The position numbers and the translations under genes are program-made. Shown piece after piece: positions 38,380-45,270 of a stretch of 64,000 nucleotides of DNA. This DNA is from a virus. The notes beneath the pieces are model-generated. The model made no database searches, was not told where the DNA came from, and was given only the letters and a program-made list of their open reading frames with translations. Numbering within the stretch: position 1 is the first letter of the stretch; every line of letters begins with the position of its first letter. Location of the stretch: the IMG/VR virus record IMGVR_UViG_3300009529_000001, positions 32,001 to 96,000 of that record. One strand, written 5' to 3'.

Positions 38380-38696
38380 CAAACGACAAAAAACTTCTGG
38401 TTTGGCTCGATGATGAACGGGCAATGCCAGAAGGTTACAATATTCATGTTAAAACTGCCGCTGAAGCTATTAAACTTCTTCGAAGCGGAACAGTAAAACA
38501 TATTAGCTTTGATCATCACCTAGGAAATAGTAAAGGTACTGGCTATGATGTTGCTAAGTGGATCGAAGAACAAGCGTACCATGGACGATTCATGAGCATA
38601 ACTTGGCATATTCATACCGACAATCCTGTAGCATATCTAAATATTCATGCTGCTATGGCAAACGCAGACAAATATTGGGAAAAACAATGCTCGTAA
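38376..38696 (+). CDS. cyclic-phosphate-processing receiver-like domain protein
   Basis: VWLDDER.MP...ISFDHHLG...TGYDVAKW...IHTDNPV. Confidence 0.8.
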   Translation: MTNDKKLLVWLDDERAMPEGYNIHVKTAAEAIKLLRSGTVKHISFDHHLGNSKGTGYDVAKWIEEQAYHGRFMSITWHIHTDNPVAYLNIHAAMANADKYWEKQCS

Positions 38697-38863
38697 CCTC
38701 ATGGGAATGGCTTGTTAACCTAACCCACATCAAAAGGATGTGGATAATGTGGCTACACAAGGATCATCATACCATTCCGCCAAAAGAAAAACTAGCCCAT
38801 CTTAGGGCAGAGATCAAACGATTTGATGTGCCTGGAAAAAGGCGCAAAAAGAAAGGAAAATAA
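38687..38863 (+). CDS. hypothetical protein
   Basis: Overlapping short ORF. Confidence 0.45.
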   Translation: MLVTSWEWLVNLTHIKRMWIMWLHKDHHTIPPKEKLAHLRAEIKRFDVPGKRRKKKGK

Positions 38864-38865
38864 GA

Positions 38866-39174
38866 ATGACTAAGATTATTGAATTTGTCGCAGGTATCAA
38901 AGGCGATATGTCTGTAGGGATTATTCCCTTCGATGAAAAGGTAACTATAATTTTCCATGGTGATAAGCACGGCCAAAGCGTTCTTGATGATGAACCTACT
39001 CGAACAGAGATGACAACCGCTTTAGCTCAAACAATAGCAGAACTTGTGGATGGCTTTTGCGTTTCACGAAAAATTTATGAAGAGGACGTTATAAAAGAAC
39101 GAATTATGTATGCGATTGAGGAGGACAGGAGACAGGATGAAAAGCAAGAAGAACAAGAAGCCCAAAAACAGTAA
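38866..39174 (+). CDS. hypothetical protein
   Basis: GDMSVGI motif; SD. Confidence 0.65.
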   Translation: MTKIIEFVAGIKGDMSVGIIPFDEKVTIIFHGDKHGQSVLDDEPTRTEMTTALAQTIAELVDGFCVSRKIYEEDVIKERIMYAIEEDRRQDEKQEEQEAQKQ

Positions 39175-39615
39175 AGATTGTCCAAACTGCAAAGGGACAG
39201 GTAAGAAGTCTAAGGACATTTGGCCCAAAGGCACTACAGAATGTTGGGCTTGTCGTGGACGTGGCTGGTTTTTGAAAGGGTAAAACAATGGATGTTAATA
39301 TTCTGCCAAAGTGTCCTAAATGTGGAAAACCCACAAAGATACTTCGTGATTATTTCCTGTACGTAACCTGCACTGATAAAGACTGTACATATATCGAAGA
39401 TGTTTTAACGTTAGGAGTACGTCAACAAAAGGAAGAAAAGCCAAAGAAAGGGTAGTATTATGGAACAAATAGCAAAACATCTATGGATTCACCACGTGCA
39501 TCCACACTTAGGGATATAAAGGATATTTTCAAAGAAATCTGGAAAAAGAACAGGAAAAGGATTAAGGACTAGCCCAAGACGCTAAATAAAGCGAAACTCT
39601 TTATTGGAGGAAGAT

Positions 39616-39822
39616 ATGCCCCATAATAAAACAGAGGTAGAGGTATTAAGCAATTTTAACAAACTTCTCGAAGAAGTAGAGGCTGAAAGAGCAAGGATAA
39701 AGGTATGGCATAATACGCATGAATTTGAAATAAGTAGAGACGGGAAAGTAGTACAGTTTTTTTCTACGATAGCTGAGTGTAGGGCTTTTCTAAAAGGATA
39801 TCTATTAAAAACGAAGAAGTAA
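39616..39822 (+). CDS. hypothetical protein
   Basis: SD GGAGG. Confidence 0.6.
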   Translation: MPHNKTEVEVLSNFNKLLEEVEAERARIKVWHNTHEFEISRDGKVVQFFSTIAECRAFLKGYLLKTKK

Positions 39823-40340
39823 TTCTATTAAAAACCTCTAATAATTCTATTAAAAACCCTTCGATTTTCTCGGGAAAGTGTTCATTTTGAGTTCATTTTA
39901 GAAAAAAGTGTTCATGGCTTCGAGGGATTTTTGACAAAAAATTTTTCACCACAATTCCTTTCCTTTCATATTAAAAATAAAAAAGAAATGAAAGAACTGA
40001 AATGAATCCAATCATATTAAGAATATTAAAAACAAGAACACATTCATACTGTTTCTTTTACAGAACTGAAATGAAAGGAATCAATTCACATTAAAAACTC
40101 TGACATGATCGTTTGAAAAGAGCTAAGTTTTCATTACAATGGGACGAACCTCATGAATGATTAGAGTTTAGAGTATTTTCACACAGATCAGAGTCAATTC
40201 TCCATAGAAAAGAGTCATTTCTTTTCAATTTAATATGAAAGGATTCTTTTCTTTTCTATTAAAAACAGAATAGATTCAAAAAGTATTAAAATGAGAAATG
40301 AATTTTTTCAAAGTATGAAATTAAAAACATTAAAAACTAC

Positions 40341-40369
40341 TTGCAAAATGAACGAAAATGATATATACT
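40341..40369 (+). promoter_or_regulatory. promoter TTGCAA-N17-TATACT
   Basis: Repeated promoter family; two ATTAAAAAC upstream. Confidence 0.8.
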
Positions 40370-40407
40370 ATATATTAGCAAAGGGGCACTAGAACAAGGA
40401 GGTTGTT

Positions 40408-40680
40408 ATGATTTTAACGGAATTGGGTATGTTCCCAGCATTAAGAAGTATGTTTCAGGAAATATTTCTCGATCAGGGGCTAAACTATCCTACAGCTTTT
40501 AATGTGGCGGAAGGTTTCGATTTACAACACATGGAAAGTTTGGCACAGAAGCTTACTCGAAGCGAACGGGAAAGCTTCGCAACGGGAAATCTCGACGAGG
40601 AGATTTTACCGTTGGTAAAAGCTAAAGGTCTTGAAGAACTACATGAGTTCTGTGACGAATGTTATCACATTATGTTTTAG
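40408..40680 (+). CDS. hypothetical protein
   Basis: SD AAGGAGG after promoter. Confidence 0.75.
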   Translation: MILTELGMFPALRSMFQEIFLDQGLNYPTAFNVAEGFDLQHMESLAQKLTRSERESFATGNLDEEILPLVKAKGLEELHEFCDECYHIMF

Positions 40681-40688
40681 GAGAAACC

Positions 40689-40892
40689 ATGCTAAGAGGA
40701 ATTACAAAGAAGCCGAAGAGAAGGAAGTCTTGGCTAGAATCACATCGTTGCAAGAACAAAACGGTAAAGGGAGGGAAGAAACCCGTTACGGTAATATGCG
40801 AAGATAAAAGATGTTCTTCGTTGTTCATCGTGAAGGAGGAAGGACAGAAATTCTGTTCAACCTGTCAGCGGTTAAGAGGCAAAACTTCATAA
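40689..40892 (+). CDS. small zinc-finger protein
   Basis: CEDKRC...FCSTC; SD AGGAG. Confidence 0.6.
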   Translation: MLRGITKKPKRRKSWLESHRCKNKTVKGGKKPVTVICEDKRCSSLFIVKEEGQKFCSTCQRLRGKTS

Positions 40893-40901
40893 GACCCCTT
40901 G

Positions 40902-40948
40902 GAAAGAAGGAGTTGAGGTCATACGGATGACTTCTTCCTTCTTTTTTT
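40902..40948 (+). terminator. probable intrinsic terminator
   Basis: AAAGAAGGA..GAGGTCAT-ACGG-ATGACTTC.TCCTTCTTT followed by a T run. Confidence 0.65.
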
Positions 40949-41130
40949 AAGAATTTTTGGAAAAGATTCTTTTCTAAAAAAGAAAATTTCCCCAAAACTT
41001 TCTGAAGATGAAGACATTCCTGTGAATCTTTTCATACCAGTTATGGTTTGAATCATGTCATAGTCATAGCCCTGAGATGATTCTAATCCTTCTTTTCTGG
41101 CCTATACCATAACGGTATCGAAAAATTCGG

Positions 41131-41176
41131 TCGAGTATACGTTTTGTATACAAAAGTATTAAAAACGTATACTCGA
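41131..41176. repeat. 15-bp perfect inverted repeat enclosing a second palindrome
   Basis: TCGAGTATACGTTTT ... AAAACGTATACTCGA; inner TTTTGTATACAAAA. Confidence 0.85.
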
Positions 41177-41274
41177 AAACGCCAAAAATTTACTTCGATA
41201 AATGTTTAACAAAAGCATTAAAAACCTAAGCACGAAAAGCATTAAAAAAAACTTTAGTTTTTAATGTTTTTCGC

Positions 41275-41303
41275 TTTACAAACTTTTGCCAATGTGCGAT
41301 AAT
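41275..41303 (+). promoter_or_regulatory. sigma70-type promoter TTTACA-N17-GATAAT with extended -10 TG
   Basis: Upstream of the GA/TC-depleted cassette. Confidence 0.7.
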
Positions 41304-41445
41304 GCGCTTGTAGGTTATTAATGCTTTTTGGCAATTTAACGGTGCGGCGCACAAGGTACACAAACCCCTTGTAGTTTAGCACGGGTAGTAAACCGTTTTT
41401 AATACGTTTGCAATTTCGTAAACGTAAACAACAAGGGGCAATGCA

Positions 41446-41625
41446 ATGGGTAAATTTCGATACCACCGTGCAAAAGGTACGGCCTACGGCTGGCGTGCTG
41501 TATGGCAAATGCTCGCCAGCGACGGCGAGCTGTCGATACATAATGGCTATCGTTGGTGCTGTACAAACAAGCTAGCAAACCGTTGGCTACGCCGCGAAAG
41601 CTTTGTGCAGTTAACAGGTATTTAA
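41446..41625 (+). CDS. 59-aa Trp/Arg-rich hypothetical protein (not in the ORF track)
   Basis: SD AAGGGG 7 nt upstream; MGKFRYHRAKGTAYGWRAVW... Confidence 0.55.
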   Translation: MGKFRYHRAKGTAYGWRAVWQMLASDGELSIHNGYRWCCTNKLANRWLRRESFVQLTGI

Positions 41626-41719
41626 TGCCGTTACCTTATTTTAAACGAAAGGTAGGTGCTCGACAAAGCTAACGTTATTAATGTGTTTCGTTTTTAATAT
41701 TTTTACAAGGGGCTTTACA

Positions 41720-42133
41720 ATGGCAAAAGCAAAAACGACCGAAACGACCGAAACGACCGAAACGAAAACCGAAAAGCCAAAGGCCAAATACGAATTTGTA
41801 CGGGCCGTTGGTATTGCCCTCGGCGGCACAACGCATACTTTGCCCGCAAGCAAGCGCGCGCGTGCCCTGGCGATTGTTGCGGCCTTTGCCGAAAGGCACA
41901 AACGCAAGCCGAACGCCAGCGAGCTAGCGGTTATACTCGGCAACGTTTCGACGATAATGGCGCGCTCGGCTAATTTCGCCTACGACATTAAAAACCGCGA
42001 AAGCGAAATGCGCGCATACGCTCGCTGGTCGTTAAAATCGGGTACGTGCCGCGACGCCGATTTGCAAGCGGCTATGCCGTGGGCGAGGGCGATTGTAAAC
42101 GACGGCAAGCCCGTTACCGAAACGAAAAAGTAA
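41720..42133 (+). CDS. novel basic protein, paralog of 37517-37882; candidate first-expressed host-takeover or anti-defence protein
   Basis: SD AAGGGG; GC-rich; strong terminator follows. Confidence 0.85.
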   Translation: MAKAKTTETTETTETKTEKPKAKYEFVRAVGIALGGTTHTLPASKRARALAIVAAFAERHKRKPNASELAVILGNVSTIMARSANFAYDIKNRESEMRAYARWSLKSGTCRDADLQAAMPWARAIVNDGKPVTETKK

Positions 42134-42157
42134 ATGACCGAAACGAAAACCATTAAC

Positions 42158-42188
42158 AACGGGCGCCTACGGGCGCCCGTTTTTTTTT
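42158..42188 (+). terminator. intrinsic terminator
   Basis: AACGGGCGCC-TACG-GGCGCCCGTT followed by a T run. Confidence 0.92.
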
Positions 42189-42197
42189 GTCGATATT

Positions 42198-42260
42198 AAA
42201 AAACGAAAACGAAAAACGAAAACGAAAACGAAAAACGAAAACGAAAACGAAAAACGAAAA
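42198..42260 (+). repeat. tandem (A4-5CG)n repeat
   Basis: AAAACGAAAACGAAAAACG... about nine units. Confidence 0.9.
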
Positions 42261-42604
42261 GTATTAATAACTTTTTTGCTGCACAAACATTTTAGTAATA
42301 CCATATTAAAAATAATAATATTAAAACCCCCCCCACATAATAAACAAAATTTTTTTTTATTTTGTATGAGTGTTCCCCTTTTAGAAACCTCGAGAATTTT
42401 TGAACTTTAAAACAGTTAATATCAAAAATTTAGAAATCTCGAATGTCCTGGAAACCTCAAAATATTAATATCAAACTATTTCCCGTATATTGAACTCAAT
42501 CTGCCTCATATGACTGGAATCTGGAAATCAGATCGCTCAAAAAATATAGCACAACTACCTACAGGCGAAAAGGTTTTTAATAGAATTGACAAAAGAGTTA
42601 GTTA

Positions 42605-43072
42605 TTATGTAGCGTCTAAAATATTTTCAAGTTGTTTTTTCAGAGTTTGAAGTTCATTGGGGATATCAGAAGATCGAGCGGCGGGATGCGTCAGTTGGAA
42701 AATACAAAGATCGTCTGGAAAATCTAAAGAATCAAAATTGGGGAAACGATCAAAAGTCTGTATAGCTAAATTGCCAAAAAGGATAATAACTTGTGGTTTG
42801 AATTTATTGATAATTTTCTTAATATGTTTATAATCAGCAGGAAAATGTGACGATGATTTGGAACCTATTTTGGGAGAAATGTTTTCCCAATGGATTTGAC
42901 GAAAAAGATCTTCGCCCAAATATTTAATAAGACGTTTGCCTGTGAAGGATTGGGCTAGGAGTCTTTTTTGAAATTCAACCTTATGTCCTCTTTTTTCGGA
43001 ACGATCAAGAGCTTCTTGGACGCGCTCAGGATTATAGACCCACATGTTTTGAAGGAAGGCGAGGATATTCAA
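42605..43072 (-). CDS. uracil-DNA-glycosylase-fold protein
   Basis: TGKRL, KPQVIILFG..A, THPAAR (UDG-superfamily HP motif). Confidence 0.55.
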   Translation of the reverse strand: MNILAFLQNMWVYNPERVQEALDRSEKRGHKVEFQKRLLAQSFTGKRLIKYLGEDLFRQIHWENISPKIGSKSSSHFPADYKHIKKIINKFKPQVIILFGNLAIQTFDRFPNFDSLDFPDDLCIFQLTHPAARSSDIPNELQTLKKQLENILDAT

Positions 43073-43287
43073 TTTATTCTACCTTCGTTCTTTAATTGAT
43101 TTTCGAGAGATTGAATATGACTAATAAGAATATTAGTGATTTCTTGTAATGTATACCAAGTAACCAAACCAAAAGTATTTCCTATACTTATCTGATATTC
43201 TATGTGAATTTTTATACATGTAAGACAATTATTTTTATCAGGAAAACATTCTCCGTCGTAATCAGGATGATCTGGGCAACGTTGCAT
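43069..43287 (-). CDS. hypothetical Cys/His protein
   Basis: CPDHPDY...CLTC. Confidence 0.6.
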   Translation of the reverse strand: MQRCPDHPDYDGECFPDKNNCLTCIKIHIEYQISIGNTFGLVTWYTLQEITNILISHIQSLENQLKNEGRIN

Positions 43288-43289
43288 AG

Positions 43290-43706
43290 TTAATCCTTAT
43301 TGAACCTTTCCCATAAACCATATTTGTTTAAATTTTCAATAAAAGGACGTAATGCTTCTTTTTGTCTTTGGACTTTTTCTTGATATTCTATTAGAAGTTT
43401 TCTGATCTTTGGAGTATCGGGGTATAGATCAATATTGCCAATTTCAAAAGAACATATATGTTCTGATTGGTTAATAAACATATCAGGATACATAATAGAT
43501 TCTAATCCTTTAATATATTCTGCAATTATGGTAATTACTAAGGGATAATGGGGAGAGTCTTTATGTTCTTTTTCGCTATCAATAGAAACGTATGCATCTA
43601 TAACTTTATAAAGAGAAAATTTGTCACCCTTTCTATCCGAACACCATACATTCGTAGGGATTTTATATTTTTTTCTATCTAATTTTCTATGGAATTTAAG
43701 TTGCAT
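43290..43706 (-). CDS. hypothetical protein
   Basis: SD AGGAG on minus strand. Confidence 0.65.
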   Translation of the reverse strand: MQLKFHRKLDRKKYKIPTNVWCSDRKGDKFSLYKVIDAYVSIDSEKEHKDSPHYPLVITIIAEYIKGLESIMYPDMFINQSEHICSFEIGNIDLYPDTPKIRKLLIEYQEKVQRQKEALRPFIENLNKYGLWERFNKD

Positions 43707-43715
43707 AACAATCTC

Positions 43716-44231
43716 CTATTCAGTGTAAACATAAGGATCTTTGGTCATCTCATACAAAGTATTTTCTATATTATACTTTTGTTCTTGAAGAGCTAATAGT
43801 TCTCTTTCTGTAAGACTTTTATTACTTGACTTTTCTTCGACAGGAAGTTCTAATAATTTTTCGATTTGTTTCAATCTATAATGTAGTCTATCAAATTCTT
43901 GAGTTTTTTCATGGAGTTTTTTAGCATGTTCTTCTTTGGGAAGATATTTATAGACTCTTTTGAATTTTTGTACACCATTTAGTTCTCCCAATGATACACA
44001 ATATTCTTCAGGATCTAATTCAAAAACGGCTTGTGGAATATTTACATCAGTTGCTATTGTAGATTTAACTGTAAACATATCAGGATCCCGTAAAGGTATA
44101 GCAACATGGACATTTGGTGAATCAAACAATGGTTTATCGACACATAAACCTAGTATAACTTTTCTAATATCTATGGACATAAGTTTTTCCCAAAAATATT
44201 TTCCCATTGTCTGTTCTACCATTGACTTCAC
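43716..44231 (-). CDS. hypothetical protein (true start may be 44180)
   Basis: ORF in minus-strand operon. Confidence 0.6.
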   Translation of the reverse strand: MKSMVEQTMGKYFWEKLMSIDIRKVILGLCVDKPLFDSPNVHVAIPLRDPDMFTVKSTIATDVNIPQAVFELDPEEYCVSLGELNGVQKFKRVYKYLPKEEHAKKLHEKTQEFDRLHYRLKQIEKLLELPVEEKSSNKSLTERELLALQEQKYNIENTLYEMTKDPYVYTE

Positions 44232-44258
44232 AAATTTTGATAGCCATCTTCCCCTCCG

Positions 44259-44771
44259 CTATTTCCAATGAACAAGCCTAGTATCCAGCCACGCTATTAT
44301 TTCTTCCCTCGGAACTTTTGATCCGATTGGATATCTCTCTTGCGCCTCGTCGAGCAGGCGAGTAAAAACGTCTCGCTTTAGGTGTTTGTTCTCGGCCTCA
44401 AGCCCAGAAACTACTATCCTGACGGCATCCAGCGGCATTCCGTATTCCTCGGGAAGTGCGGGACATTTCTCCCGGAGGTACTTTTCGATAGCTTTGTTTG
44501 AATCTACGGCCACGCTCTGCCACGCCTCAAGCTCGGCGATGCGCAGGCTCCGCTCAAAGGCTGACGTGTCGGCCTCGGTAAGCCGACTGCGCTCGGCGCG
44601 GATAAGCTCGACGACAGCCTCGACCGCACCCTGTCCCGGTTCGCCATCGTCATCCCACTGACGCCAGAATTCCCTCGCCCTCTCTTCCGCGTCGTCAGCT
44701 TGTTTCCTATGTGCAGGACATGTACGAGCGTCGCCAGTGCAATTTGGATCTTTTCTTGCTGGATCAATCAT
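44259..44771 (-). CDS. hypothetical protein with a GC-rich core
   Basis: Coupled ORF; coiled coil. Confidence 0.6.
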   Translation of the reverse strand: MIDPARKDPNCTGDARTCPAHRKQADDAEERAREFWRQWDDDGEPGQGAVEAVVELIRAERSRLTEADTSAFERSLRIAELEAWQSVAVDSNKAIEKYLREKCPALPEEYGMPLDAVRIVVSGLEAENKHLKRDVFTRLLDEAQERYPIGSKVPREEIIAWLDTRLVHWK

Positions 44772-44953
44772 GGCCTTAATTCCTTAGGAAGAGGACCGAT
44801 ATAACCTTTTGTAAAGATCCATTTTGTGGACCATTCTTCACCATCTTCACTAGATTCCACAATAACAATACGATTGAGTTTTCGCATTTTTTCCGAAAAC
44901 TTTTTAATATCTTCAGGAAGCGGATATTCAGGTGGAAGATTTAGATACTCCAT
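44768..44953 (-). CDS. hypothetical protein
   Basis: SD AAGGAG on minus strand. Confidence 0.65.
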   Translation of the reverse strand: MEYLNLPPEYPLPEDIKKFSEKMRKLNRIVIVESSEDGEEWSTKWIFTKGYIGPLPKELRP

Positions 44954-44977
44954 TGTATATCTCCTTAAAGAATAAAT

Positions 44978-45119
44978 GCCCTGATGGTCACGTTACATTT
45001 TAAAGATGCTCAGGGCCGGACACCCCTGGAGACAATGTGCATCCATTTGCGCCCACTTCTTTCTGTCATCTGGATGCAAACGCACGTGACCTCCACGCCA
45101 ATGGCGAAAATGACAGAAA
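44978..45119 (-). ncRNA. candidate structured, multi-pseudoknotted leader RNA
   Basis: Four perfect 7-10 bp helices in 142 nt of intergenic DNA downstream of a minus-strand promoter. Confidence 0.5.
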
Positions 45120-45219
45120 ATACGTTATAGCTACCATACTTACCCCTACCTCACTTGTTTTTGATCGTCCTCTGTCTATCTGAGCGATCCATTTTTAAGC
45201 CCTTACTGTTACTATAGTT

Positions 45220-45248
45220 AATATAACATCCATGGGTTCAAATAGCAA
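45220..45248 (-). promoter_or_regulatory. promoter TTGCTA-N17-TATATT (extended -10)
   Basis: Minus strand, intergenic. Confidence 0.65.
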
Positions 45249-45270
45249 ATCCTATTAAAAATTAATTGAT

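Noticed and set aside
41254-41943. Minus-strand ORFs in the motif-free zone
   Set aside because: Loss of TCA removes TGA stops on the minus strand and lengthens shadow ORFs. Promoter, SD and terminator all point to the plus strand.
44978-45091. HDV-like/theta ribozyme on the plus strand
   Set aside because: The P1/P2 topology is suggestive, but L3 lacks the pyrimidine-C motif for P1.1 and J4/2 does not fit. Kept only as an unassigned structured RNA.
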